Part shown: positions 12,916 to 24,902 of the stretch, piece after piece
Layout: every line of letters begins with the position of its first letter
Position numbering within the stretch: position 1 is the stretch's first letter
Source: Leucoraja erinacea
Taxonomy: Eukaryota
Assembly: GCF_028641065.1 (NCBI RefSeq)
Contig: NC_073409.1
Location: forward strand, 10,106,001 to 10,170,000
Direction: 5' to 3'
DNA: 64,000 bases
The notes under the pieces: generated by a model
The model's input: only the letters and a program-made list of their open reading frames with translations
Told to the model about the DNA's origin: nothing
Database searches by the model: none
Translations under genes and position numbers: made by a program

Positions 12916-14153
12916 AAGACCAAGCCCCCCACCCCCCCATCCCATCCCATCCCCCCCAGTTCCATCTTCCCATTATCCCCTCCTCACTTGGCTCCATCTA
13001 TCACCTCTCCCTTTGTACCAACAAATTTTCGTGTTCCCTCTTAGTTCCGATACAGGGACTTAATCCAAAAATGACGACATATACCTTTGTCTTTCATAGA
13101 TGCCGCTGGACCTGCTAAGTTGTCCTAGCATGCTGTTTTAGTTCTGCCTTATCTAACCTTGGTTAAATAAGGTAGCTGATAATAGTTTATTGGTACAATT
13201 ATGTTGAAACCACTGAAAACCAAAGTAACACCTAAATCTTTAAAATTCTTGTACAGGTTTTGAAATGTTTCCGAGGTTTCACTTATTTTTACTCCTGATC
13301 TCTAGTCCTAAAACTCTCTGAGACCTCTGCAGTCTTACATATCTGGTCTCTTGAATTATCCCATCCCTGGCAGTTTGCCAGCTTCTAAACTCTGGAGTTC
13401 CCCCCCTGCCACAAATCTTTCTGCCTTCCTTTCCTTCTTTATGACACACCTTTAACGCTACCTTTTTGACTGAGCTTCTTGTGTTTAGTGCCCTTGGGAC
13501 ATGTACTGGCATTGAATTTGTCACCACTTTATAAATGGTGGTGCTATTGGAGTTTTGCATGCTTATTCTGATCATTGTTGTCTCCTGCTCAAGTGCTATC
13601 CTGGTCACTGCCACCCATTGTTGCTCTGGTTGATTCCTTTCAAGTTGTCCAATATTCATGGCATGTCGGATAAAGCTGCTTGCTAAATGAGCAGCATAAA
13701 TATTTGTGTTGTCAGCGAATGTTTCATTAAGAGTTCTGGTGCCAGAAGTCCTATATTTGTCAATTTTTCAGGCAATCCAGTAGGTAGAGAGTGCTGCCTA
13801 GATCTAGCAATTTGGCTCTCTTCCAATTTGGCTCTCTTCGTCTAATTAGGATTTATCAGCTTCTTGGATGTGGTCAATGTTTAACTGAGTTTGAATGTCA
13901 AGAACACATTATCAGCAAAGGTTAAATAGGGCTGTAAAAGTAGCTCTAGTTTTATACATAGTATAAGCAGATCCTATTGCTTGATATTTAAATCTTAAGC
14001 AGATGAAAGAGATTATTTCTTGAAATATCTATACCAAATGGAAATATGTTGCCCTTTGTTTTTTTTATAGATCGCATGATTTTTTTTTTTTAAAAAGGTC
14101 AAATTTGCAGGATGGTATTCGATGATAAACTTCTAATCAGGATTTCATTGCAG

Positions 14154-14296
14154 GCAATGCTGGCGATATATTTACTGAAAACACGAAGGAAAAAATCATA
14201 CCATGTCCACGTTCATCGGGCACTATACAAATACATTTCACACCACGGGTTTTTCCGACTGCGCTGCGAGAATCCCTCATTGCTGAGGAAGAGGAG
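14154..14296 (+). CDS. DNAAF4: DNAAF4 coding exon 5
   Basis: CAG|..[47 protein letters not shown]|GTAAG; 143 nt; conserved [13 protein letters not shown]. Confidence 0.93.
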
Positions 14297-14819
14297 GTAA
14301 GGATTCTGTGAAAATGCTTCAAACACATATAGAAGTTGATTTCAGGAAAACTTGTGTTATTAATCCACAGGTTTTGAAACATTTGTTTGTACATAGTTAA
14401 TCATGTCCATTTGGAAACTGATATATTTGATTAAGGTATTGATTTTCAGATGACTGTTCAAATAAAATGGAATAAATGGAGCTTACTATTTTCTGTTAAT
14501 TTCTATAAAAATCTGTCATTTTCAAAAAGGGAAGTAAGTAAAAGAAAATGTAGCATTTCAGAGTATGAATCGAGATTGAACAATGTGTGTAACTGATTAT
14601 TTTACAGTTTGGTTACCTTTTTTGTCCCTCTTTTTGAATCCACATGCAATTTCCCATCCACAGCACAAGAAGAGAGACTGTTCTGGGCCTTTGCTGGTGC
14701 TGGTATGTTGTGGCCCTGGGAAGATATGCAGGAGTGCTATAATTAAACTTGCACACAAATGTTTCTTTCATCTATTTCACATCTCACCGTTGCAAATAAT
14801 CTTCTCAATAATTTGGTTT

Positions 14820-15770
14820 TGAATGTTAGTGTTCTGATTATTAAATTTGCAGATTATATGAAAATTGGCAGTGTCGTTGACAATGAGGCAAATAGTCATA
14901 GGCTACAGGATGTAATTGATCAGTTGGTAGAATGGGCAGTGCAATGGAAGATTAAATGAGAGGTGTCTGCAGCTTGCAAGGACTAATAAGGTGCCTCCTC
15001 AAAGCATAGCAGGCGCTTGTGGTGGAATAATGAACGGGGAGGCTTTCTAGGCAAGTTCAAGGATCTCTGAAGGCAGCAGCACAAGTAGATAAAGTGGTGA
15101 AGAGGTTGCTTGGAATATTTGCTTTCATTGGCTGTAGCATATAATTTAAGGGCAGGTAGGTTATGGTATAACTTTTGAAAACAATAGTTAGGCTACAGCT
15201 CGAGCACTAAGTGCAGTTTTTGTTGTCACACCATAGGAAGGACTTGACATCAATGGAGTAAGTGCAGAGGAGATTCACAAGAATGTTAGTCACAAAATGC
15301 TGTAGTTACTCCAGCATTTGTGTCTATATTCGGTATAAACCAGCATGTGGAGTTCCTTACTTTACAAGAATGTTGCCTGGGGTGAAGCATTTTAGGTATG
15401 AGCCAAGACTGTATGGGCTGGTTTTATTTTGCTGGAGCAGAGCGTGATGGGAAACCATGTAAATGTATACAAAGTTATGGAAGTATAGGTAGGATAGGTA
15501 CGAGGAAACCTTTCCCCATTACGGTGATTTGAGGAGATTGGAGAAGGAACTTCTTTCACCCAGTGGGTGATAATAATCTAGAGTGCACTGCCAGTGGGGA
15601 CAGTGGAGACAGATACTCTCAGAACATTTAAGATATATTTGAATGAACAGTTTAATTGCCAGAGCATGAAAGGCGACAGACCAAATGGTGATACATGGGA
15701 CTAGTATAGATGAGAACTTGATGGACAACATGGACATGGCGTGCTGAAGGGCCTGATTGTGTATGCTGTG
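14820..15770 (+). mobile_element. CR1 LINE ORF2 3' fragment (degenerate)
   Basis: IIKFADYMKIG...LQDVIDQLVEWA..W and QRRFTRML; CR1 3' tail. A short repeat is inserted near 15290-15360. Confidence 0.7.
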
Positions 15771-15860
15771 AATTCATGATTATATTTAATTAATAATCTG
15801 AATGATCCATGGCAGTTAAGATCCATTGGTCATGAACTATTTTTCTTTTTCTATTTACAG

Positions 15861-15970
15861 TGGCTAAGAAAACAAGCAGAAGCTAGGCGAGCCAATAATG
15901 CAGATGCCCCTGACCTTAAAGATTTAAAAGAGGAAGAAAAAAATCCAGAATGGCTGAAGGACAAAGGGAA
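15861..15970 (+). CDS. DNAAF4: DNAAF4 coding exon 6
   Basis: CAG|[36 protein letters not shown]|GTAAG; 110 nt. Confidence 0.93.
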
Positions 15971-16936
15971 GTAAGTTATGAAAACATTTTTACTTATGTC
16001 CTCATACCTACAATACCTGGCCAGGTGTATCAAAGTGAGTTAAATAAGTCTTGGATGTCCCAGAAAAAAATCCCAGACTTTGCTGATAAAGCTACCTGCT
16101 CTTACCCAAGCTGACCTATGGGGAGTCAAAAAAGAGTTGTTATAACTTTGGATTGCAAAAGGGAAAATTATCCAGAGTTTCTTCTTTTAATCACTATACA
16201 GCAAATCTTGCCCAAACTGCATGCCTGAAGATCATATGAAGATATGCTGGGCCCATAACCTTCCACCTTAGGCAACAGTACCACTGATAGACTATATTGA
16301 AATATAAATATACACCACTTTCCAGATTTTCCACTGTTATTTTTTCTGTCTGCTTGATTAAAATCACTCATGATTAAATTCTATCATTTCCACAGGTATT
16401 ATTTGTGATCTACAGAAAAGTTGAGACATAGATAGAGTAATACTTGGCCACAGGTATAAACTGAGAGGGGGAAAGTTTAAATGCAATTTACTAGGCAAAT
16501 ACTTTACACAAAGGGTGATGGTGCCTGGACACTGCAGTCAGGATAGGTGGTAGAAATAGATATGATAGTAATGTTTAGGAGGCCTTTAGACAGACACTTG
16601 AACAGCCAGGGAATAGAGGGATGCAGAGCATGTGCAGACAGATGTGATTAGTTTAGATTAGCATCTGGTTTGTACAGGCATGGTGGGCTGAAGAGTACTA
16701 TTGTATGTTCTGTGATGGTGCCAATCCTTTACAAGAATGATGATCTGGCTATTATATGTGTACAGTCAAAAAGACACTTGGGGACACGGGGATTGTAGTT
16801 TGCTATTAACTAGTGAAATATCACTTAATTTATAGTTGGTTTCCTTTTTCTGATCTATGAAGATCTGATTAACTGTTCTGCAATGAACTATAGATCAGCT
16901 TATCATGATTGCTCAAACATTGTCTTCCTTTTTCAG

Positions 16937-17090
16937 CAAGCTGTTTGCTTCAGGAGATTATCTCGCAGCTATAAATGCTTATAATTTGGGAATAAGATTG
17001 AACAACAAACTTCCAGCTTTGTATCTAAATCGGGCTGCAACCCACCTTAAGCTAAGAAATTTACACAAAGCCCTTGAAGACTGTTCCAAG
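16937..17090 (+). CDS. DNAAF4: DNAAF4 coding exon 7 (TPR)
   Basis: CAG|[51 protein letters not shown]|GTTAG; 154 nt. Confidence 0.95.
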
Positions 17091-17899
17091 GTTAGTTCTT
17101 GCAAATCAGATTCAGAAAAATAGCAAAGATTAATCATGATTCAGTTTCTATTTAAATTTAGAATCCTGCTCTGTCAACTGAGTTTTCGATTTTGGATTGA
17201 TCACAAAAACCCAACGTTCCTGCATTATTCAACAAAATAAGACAGTAAATTTGTTATGCTTTTTATGCTTTTCTGCTCATTTATTTTCCCTTTTGTGTGT
17301 TTGTGAATTATATTTATTTCTCATAGAGGATAGCCTGTAGATAACCTATTCATTCCTTTACTTCTCATTATGCAGCTCACTACATTGTAAGTAATAATGG
17401 CTTCCAGGCAAAAGTGGTCAGGTCCTCTTTAAAATTTGCAGATTAAGTTCCAATTATGTCAACGGGGCCAGATTTGCTATTTTAACCAGCAGCCTGAGTG
17501 TGGGAACAGTAACAAAATATTTGTCAGGTCAGAGAGGAAGAATTGCTGCTCATAAGAGGCCTGAGAAAGTAAATTCAAAAACATCTTTTACTGTGATTTC
17601 TTGCTGACCAAATGGGGCAAAAATACTTATCTGGGTTCCACAAAATATTCAGAATCCTTCTAACTACCCATGTGTGCTGAGGCTGGCAATGTTGAATGCT
17701 ACATGGTAATGGGATTTATCTTTGAAGTGATGCAATACTCTCTGCTCCTACACATGGTATGACAACTAGATTATTTACAATGCTACATTGCTGCAAGTAA
17801 AAACAACTGCTATGTTTGAGTTATTCTGTACAGAAATATCCTCCAAAAGATAATGCTGGTCGTTGTTGTATATCTTAAAGGTGATGAAATCATAAATGT

Positions 17900-18365
17900 A
17901 TTTATTGGTTCATTATTATTGCCACACGTGTGATATATATTGAATAACTTTATTTTGCATGCTATCCAGGCACGAGTACATGAAGTGTAAAAGAGAAAAT
18001 AAACAGTGCAGAATATACAAAGAACGTGCATATTTATTTTTTTTAAGTGCAGGGGCCACAGTGTGATAGTTTGGAAGATTGGGAATTCATCCCTAGCAGA
18101 TACGAGGTCCGTTTAAGCGTCTAATAATAGTGGGGAAGACGCTGTTCTTGAATCTGGTAATATGTGCTTTCAAGCTTTTGTATGCAATGCCTGATGGGTG
18201 AGGGGAGAAGATGGAATGACCGGACACTGAATGGTCCTTGATTATGTTGGCTACATTCCCAAGGCAGCATGTGAAGTGGCGATTAAGTCAACAGGGGCAG
18301 GCTGGTTTGCATGATGGACTGGGCTGCATTGACTATACTGCAATTTCTTGAAGTCTTGGACAAAG
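17900..18365 (-). mobile_element. Rex1/Babar-like LINE 3' fragment
   Basis: GGGAAGACGCTGTTCTTGAATCTGG...CTTTTGTA...CCTGATGG matches the reverse complement of the Rex-type 3' end. Confidence 0.55.
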
Positions 18366-18492
18366 CAATTATTTAAACTCTACCATTCTTCTCTCAAGAC
18401 TTAAAAAATTAGAAAATAAATTTTTGAAACTTTAAAAGCCATCTATTTCTTAGCTCCAGTTTAAATTTTGAATAGTTTTTTCTTTCTCATAG

Positions 18493-18598
18493 GCACTTGA
18501 TTTATTAACTCCTGCAGTTCCAGACAATGCTGATAGCAGATTGAAGGCCCATGTTAGAAGAGGGACAGCATTTTGTGAGTTGGAATTGTATGTGGAGG
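18493..18598 (+). CDS. DNAAF4: DNAAF4 coding exon 8 (TPR)
   Basis: TAG|[35 protein letters not shown]|GTAAG; 106 nt. Confidence 0.95.
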
Positions 18599-19041
18599 GT
18601 AAGAGGATCTTTTTTAATTTAAGTGTATTAAATTTGTGTTGACATATTTAGTTAGAAATATTGGATACTACCGTAGACATTTACTTGCATTAGTGATCAG
18701 TTTTTCAATAATTTTTCCTCTTTACCTTTCCTTTTATAAAGTAGTGTTGTAACTTGTGAGGACTAATGTCTGTGAGGATGATAGATGTGATATAACCAAG
18801 GTTTAATGTCATTGCTGAGTGACAATGGAACGCATCTATCTGGGGCTGCTTGTTGAACTAGAAATGTAACCCAGATTATTTTTTCCCTTTTCCTTGCCCA
18901 AGATGACTGAAGCTCCCTCATTATCAATAATTGGTTTTGTAAGCGAGTCTATTCTAGTGATTCAAGGTCGACGGTTCTTGAAGTCTTGGTATATACATTA
19001 TTTTTATTTTTCAGCTGATGCTTTAATTTGTACTTTGACAG

Positions 19042-19151
19042 GTCTTCAAGATTATGAAGCAGCTCTCAAGATTAAGCCAAGCAACACTACAATACGAGCG
19101 GATGCAGAGAAGATACGTCGAGTGATTCAAGGAAATCCTCCTGAACCGTGA
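19042..19151 (+). CDS. DNAAF4: DNAAF4 last coding exon (spliced CDS 1281 nt, 426 aa)
   Basis: CAG|[36 protein letters not shown]; all exon phases join in frame. Confidence 0.93.
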
Positions 19152-19796
19152 AGGCAATATGAAAAATGCCTCGGATTAATATAGTTAACTATCATATTTC
19201 TATCTTTTTCATTTTTGTTAAGACTTACAAAGATTTGTAATTCATGACAGCATCTTTTGACTTTCTCAGACAATAATGTTTAAATAAGATGGTCAGCATT
19301 CAATATTGGTGCTATTCTACTTGCATGAAGTAAAGTTGAATGCTATTTTGGATTCAGGAACATTCATTTGCGAGCTGAGCATTGACTAGGTAGAGTGAAG
19401 GAGCTGTATTTCTATTCCTTTATCTAAGTAAGATTGCCGGTTACCATGTTGCCACCAAAAAACAAGTTTTTAAGAATAATCACACATTTTGTTACACTTT
19501 CCAGATCTCAGATTTTCATGCACCTAAAGGGGACCTTATTTGTCACTCTTCCAATACACAGAGGAGGAATTATTTGTTTTCTCGGTCAATATGTTGCACA
19601 AGAAACTTACTACAGAAACTAGTTCAGCACTTTTTGGGACCAAATAAGACATGGGTTCAACCATGACCTGTCTGTGAGGAGGTTGCACGTTCCCCCTTTG
19701 ACTTCCTGGTTTCTCTCAGTGTTCCATTTTCCTTCCATCTCTCAAAAACGTACAAGTTGGTTGGTTAGTTGGTTGCTGTAAATTATCAATATTGTT

Positions 19797-20018
19797 TAGA
19801 CAAAAAATGCAGGAGTAACTCAACAGGTCAGGCAGCATCTCTGGAGAAAAGGAATAGCTGGTGTATTGGGTCAAGATCCTTCTTCAGATCCTGATGAAGA
19901 GTCTTGACCCGAAACGTCACCTATTCCTTTTCTCCCGAGATGCAGTCCGACCTGCGGAGTTACTCCAGCATTTTGTGTCCGTCTGCAGTGTAAACCAGCA
20001 TCTGCAGTTCCTTCTTGC
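19797..20018. mobile_element. Inverted pair of the short hammerhead-core repeat
   Basis: Left arm ~19797-19888 is the imperfect reverse complement of right arm ~19891-19980; core CTGATGA...GAAACGTC at 19891-19918. Confidence 0.7.
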
Positions 20019-21315
20019 ACCTATTGTGCAGTATAAGTGTAATAAGTAGAATTCTATTGAGTAGAATCCGAGGGTAGAGAGGGCTGATTGGATTTTGTAG
20101 AGAATTAAATACACTAGGATTAGTAGAATTGGGTGCTTGGTGGTTGGCACAGACTCAATGGGCCAAAGGGCCTGTTTTTGTGCTGTGGCTATTTTACCCT
20201 AAGAGTCAAATCTTTAATGTTTCCTGTTCATTTTTGTGAGCAGTCTAAGATGCTTCTGATATTTGCCAAACAACAATAAATGTTCATAAAGTTTTGGAAT
20301 ACCCTATAATTTGATATTTTACCACCCGAGAAATTGAAATAGATGAATAATGCAACAATGGCGCATTTAGTAAATTTGAATAATTCAACTAAATGCAAAC
20401 TATATTTAAGTCGTATATTATATTTTAAAATAAATAAATGTTATAAAGTCTTGAAAGATGTTGCAAAGTCTTTCTGAAAACACCCACTCGGTATACTTTG
20501 GAATGGGTAAACGGAGAAAGATACTGTCTATAATATATTGTCATGTTCTTTTAGTAGTCTTTTTAAACACAAAATGTTAAATCAATTAAATATTTATTTT
20601 GTTTGAAAGGAGAATCCTGTAATATATGAATGAATATAAATAGTAAAACAGTGTTAAAAGACAAGGATAGAAGACTGAAATTAACTCAACTGTCAGCTAT
20701 GTTTTCGACACGATAGAAGTATTCGATAAGCAATAAAAGCATTGTGGACAAATAGCTGAAGACGTAAATTAAAGGTTAGACCAACACCAATGCAGACAAT
20801 ATAACTTTTGGTGGATTTAAGGTGTTCAGGCTTTATTTTAAAATAATCTATTAATAGTCAAAATGCCATAATCGCCCTGCATTTTTCAAAAGTATATCCA
20901 AGATATAACCTGAAGTATTTTATTGATAAATATAATTTTATATTGAACTGAACCAAAAAAAAATCATGATTTGGTAATATTACAATAAACTATTATGTAA
21001 GAATTGCACTTTCAGTACCTCCTGTCAGACAATGTTAATGGAAGCCAACCTTTCCTTTGCAGCAGGCATTTTTGAATATATTGTTTTAGTTAATCTCCTT
21101 TTAAACTGAGAAATATAAGGCAACAAAAAATACATTGCTCCAAAAAAGTTATTGGAGCCCTTACAATAACATCAAAGAGTTGGTTCTTAAGTCATAAAAT
21201 GCTGTAAATACTTGGCAGCTTAGATTGCATCAGTGGGAAAAGAAACAAGAGCTAGGTTTCATGTCAGAGACACTTCATCAGAACTGGTAAGGAGACAAAA
21301 GAAGTTTGTTAAGTT

Positions 21316-21343
<28 letters not shown>
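21316..21343 (+). repeat. Poly-G tract (28 nt)
   Basis: Directly visible homopolymer. Confidence 0.9.
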
Positions 21344-21346
<3 letters not shown>

Positions 21347-22595
21347 GGAGACATATCTGATAGCATAAAACTGGAGTGACCATGGGGATAAACTGTAAAC
21401 ACGATTATCTGGAATTAGAGAATGACCTCATAGACAAAAGAATACAAGAGTTATAAAGAGTTAGTGCTTGGACTCGGTGATGAAGCTCCTTTTGTTGGGA
21501 AGGCAAAGTTCTTTATTTCTCGGTAGGTTGAGGTGCATTGCACTCATGCGATTGGCACTAATCTGAAGCCAGAGGCTGCCATGTTCCTTAATCCAAACTG
21601 GACATTTTCACTTGTTTTTACCTCAGAAAAGGTTCAGCATGTAACTGCAGAGGCCCTTCTTCAGGATTAAAAGTTTCAAATCTTTGGAGAATGCCTGGCC
21701 AAAATGTGCAGCTGTCTAAATCAAATTGACATAGTGATTCACTCAAAATCACTATGGCAATTTATGTCTAACTTTGAAATCACTGGAATCCACGCCAAGA
21801 GAATTGGGAACTGCTATAAAGCTTTCCCGTTTGTTTTGTTGCAATTTTGCAGTGTGAATGATAGATGGAATTAGAAATCAAACACTAAACAAATGGCTGG
21901 AAAAGGCAGAAGAGCAATAAATGACAGTCAGCACAGTTGGCTCTGCTTCTCCTGTCAGATGTAAGAGACCAGATTTGTAGCCATGTCCCCCTGACGACTG
22001 TTTGCAAGAAAGATGTCCAACTGTAGCCCCTCTGAGAACACGTGGAAGGGCAAAAAAAAAAAAACGACCAGGAAGTATTCATTGGTACTAGGACAAGAGG
22101 GTAGTGATAAATACTTTACCATTAAAGTTTGACCATGATCTGGAACTCACTACCGGAAACGATAGCAACTTTTATCGTATTTAAATGTCCTTGGACATGT
22201 GCCAGGAGAACCTGATCTCAAGGCAAGAGACTAAAGGATGTACTGATGAAAAAGACGCGCTGAATAGCCTCGGGTTTTTAATTTTCCATGATTCGATTCG
22301 TTTATCTGCAAATGTAAAATGCTAAATGAATGCAAATGGAAAAAAAGTCACAGTAAAGGTCTGAAATAAAAACTATTATAGACGGGCATATTACCACAGA
22401 AAATTATTTTTAAATATACAAACGATCAAATTGTTTTTGTTTTACACACACACACACACGCGCACACCAAAAGTCTCAAATTCCATCTGGTTATATACCA
22501 TTCTCTTCCAAAATCTGCCACTGAAAGAAAAAGGGAACATTTGTCTTCACTGTCTTACTATAGTAACTAATACAGAAATGTACGGGGGCAGAAAG

Positions 22596-23564
22596 TCAAA
22601 GCGCGAGTAAATCGTGAATTCTCTTCTTATCCGACGTAGTGTTCAGGGAGCCGTTACGATACATCCCACCGGCTTGGAGCGCCTGCGAGAACGACTGCGA
22701 CAGCGGTTTGTAGACAGAGGGTGCAATGTCACAAGTCGGTTCATTGGATCCATAATCGGCAGAGGTTGTTCTGAACAGCGGATTCTGGGGTTTCACGAAT
22801 GGAGCCGGGGATTGTGGCGACGTTGGGATCTTTTCCATGCAGGAAAAGACAGGGTTTCCAGGGTTCGCACAGGGAATCCACAGCTTATTTTTATCCTTTG
22901 TCGTTGGAGGGCGGACGGGAATAGGATCGTCGCATCTCGTTTCCTTTGTATCCTCAACATGTGGAGCATAGGATTGCGTGAGATCAGCACTTGCGTCTTT
23001 GCAATCAAGGCCTGGTTTTACGTCGTGACATATGGAATCCAATGGAACTATTAAAGAAGTGGAAGGGTTGAAATCATCACGCAACGTATCTCCCAAAGGC
23101 TCCCCTGGAGTGAAACAGTAGTTGTCACAGATGGAGTCCTTAATGCCACCAACAGCTGGAGCGATAGGTGTGCTGAAGTCGTCGCAGACTGAGGTTCTAA
23201 ATCCATCCATTCCAGTGTTTGGCGCACAGGGATCATCATACGCGGAGTAATCGAAGTCCGCCTTTGGAGCAACGGGTCGATTGTTCGCTTCGCACTCTTC
23301 AGATTCATTATTTGGGATGGGTAGCGGGTTTTGACCATCACAAGTCACAGCATCAGAATCGGGCTTTGAAGCGACGAACTGGTTGAGACAGTCGAACTCG
23401 CTGTCCTTAAGCAGGGCCGTACGAGTCGGAGATGAATTGAGATCCTTCGGCGGCTCATTAGATTCCGGCTGTGGAACAAAGGGCTGCTTGAAGGTGAAGT
23501 CGTCACATTCTGGTTCTTTGAACTGGACCCTTCGAGCAGGCGATGGGACGTGACAGTCAGCCAT
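22596..23564 (-). CDS. PIERCE2: PIERCE2 (C15orf65), piercer of microtubule wall 2, with long N-terminal extension; 322 aa
   Basis: C-terminal CANPGNPVFSCM...LFRTTSADYG...FSQALQAGGMYRNGSLNT is the PIERCE family signature. ATG at 23564 sits in a strong Kozak context (ACCATGG). Position and orientation between DNAAF4 and CCPG1 match human. Confidence 0.85.
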   Translation of the reverse strand: MADCHVPSPARRVQFKEPECDDFTFKQPFVPQPESNEPPKDLNSSPTRTALLKDSEFDCLNQFVASKPDSDAVTCDGQNPLPIPNNESEECEANNRPVAPKADFDYSAYDDPCAPNTGMDGFRTSVCDDFSTPIAPAVGGIKDSICDNYCFTPGEPLGDTLRDDFNPSTSLIVPLDSICHDVKPGLDCKDASADLTQSYAPHVEDTKETRCDDPIPVRPPTTKDKNKLWIPCANPGNPVFSCMEKIPTSPQSPAPFVKPQNPLFRTTSADYGSNEPTCDIAPSVYKPLSQSFSQALQAGGMYRNGSLNTTSDKKRIHDLLAL

Positions 23565-23711
23565 GGTGATGCGGTGCGATCCTCTTCTCTTACCGAGGGC
23601 TTTCTCCGGCGCCCTGCCGACCACAGGCGGGCCAGTGGGTTCCCTCGCCGAGTAATGGCTCCTCACTCCGGCACCTCTGTCCCTAATTGCCCCACTTGCT
23701 CCGTTCTAAGC

Positions 23712-24560
23712 TCCCACTCTGCCCCGCTCGGTCCCACTCTCTGTCCCGCTCTCTGTCCCACTCTCGGTCCCACTCTCGGTCCCACTCCCTGTCCCACTCT
23801 CTGTCCCACTCCTGTCCCACTCCCTGTCCCACTCTCTGTCCCACTCTCTGTCCCACTCTCTGTCCCACTCTCTGCCCCGCTCTGTCCCCACTCTCTGCCC
23901 CGCTCCCCCACTCTCTGGTCCCACTCTCTGTCCCACTCTCGGTCCCACGCTCTGTCCCGCTCTGTCCCACTCCCTGTCCCACTCTCTGTCCCACTCTCGG
24001 TCCCACTCTCTGTCCCACTCTCGGTCCCACGCTCTGTCCCGCTCTGTCCCACTCCCTGTCCCACTCTCTGCCCCCCTCTGTGTCCCCCTCTCTGTCCCAC
24101 TCTCTGCCCCACTCTCTGTCCCACTCCCTGTCCCACTCTCTCTCCCACTCTCTGTCCCACTCTCTGTCCCACTCTCTGTCCCGCTCTGTCCCACTCCCTG
24201 TCCCGCTCTCTGTCCCACTCTCTGTCCCACTCCCTGTCCCACTCCCTGTCCCACTCTCTGTCCCACTCTCTGTCCCACTCTCTGTCCCACTCTGTCCCAC
24301 TCTCTGTCCCACTCTCTGTCCCACTCTCTGCCCCGCTCTCTCCCACTCTCTGTCCCACTCTCTGTCCCACTCTCTGCCCCGCTCTGTCCCACTCTCTGTC
24401 CCACTCTCTGTCCCGCTCTCTGCCCCGCTCTGTCCCACTCTCTGCCCCGCTCTCTGCCCCGCTCTGTCCCACTCTCTGTCCCACTCCCTGTCCCACTCCC
24501 TGTCCCACTCTCTGCCCCCGCGCTCTCGGTCCCACTCTCTGCCCCGCGCTCTGTCCCCCA
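23712..24560. repeat. Minisatellite, 12-bp unit CTCTGTCCCACT, ~70 copies with variants
   Basis: Directly visible tandem array with variants such as CCCTGTCCCACT, CTCGGTCCCACT and CTCTGCCCCGCT. Confidence 0.95.
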
Positions 24561-24593
24561 CTCGCCCTCCCCCCCCTGCTTTGTTGTGGCATC

Positions 24594-24607
24594 GTTGCCT
24601 TGGTAAC
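24594..24607. promoter_or_regulatory. RFX X-box
   Basis: GTTGCCTTGGTAAC, a near-palindromic match to GTNRCC-N(0-3)-RGYAAC. Confidence 0.8.
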
Positions 24608-24744
24608 CACGCCGGATTGGGTTGTTCGAAGGCGACGTGTTACGCCGCGGACGCGCCGCGCGCTGCATTCTGGGCGGCGCAGTCCGGTGACGCGGCGGCC
24701 CCGGCGCTGACCAAAGATCTTTGGCGCTGACTTCGAGACGCGGG

Positions 24745-24763
24745 ACTACAAGTCCCACAATGC
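24745..24763 (+). promoter_or_regulatory. ZNF143 (SBS) / THAP11-type ACTACAnnTCCCA motif
   Basis: ACTACAAGTCCCACAATGC matches the composite motif enriched at vertebrate bidirectional promoters. Confidence 0.75.
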
Positions 24764-24779
24764 GGCGCGGCCTCGTGGT

Positions 24780-24902
24780 GCTTGTGTTGACGCTTCGCTC
24801 GGCGTCGTCACTGCTCGTCAGTCAAAACATCACAAGGGCCGGGTGTGGATGGTGGTTTTAACCGGTACACAGCGTGAGGCACCTCCGGCTGAGGGGAGGC
24901 AG
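24780..24902 (+). other. CCPG1: Putative CCPG1 non-coding first exon (5' boundary approximate)
   Basis: Strong donor CAG|GTAAGG at 24902/24903 inside the CpG island; the next exon carries the ATG. Confidence 0.55.

Noticed and set aside
22614-23054. 146-aa plus-strand ORF
   Set aside because: It is an antisense shadow of the PIERCE2 CDS and has no ATG start.
23565-23666. First 34 codons of the 356-aa ORF
   Set aside because: They start at GTG; the first ATG, in a strong Kozak context, is at 23564.
23712-24560. Tandem array as a possible CRISPR-like locus
   Set aside because: The units are contiguous with no unique spacers, the context is eukaryotic and there are no cas genes.
23550-24758. 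Several 290-390 aa ORFs on both strands (PTLC/SHSL/WDRE/VGQR repeats)
   Set aside because: They are by-products of a stop-free 12-bp minisatellite and have no independent coding evidence.
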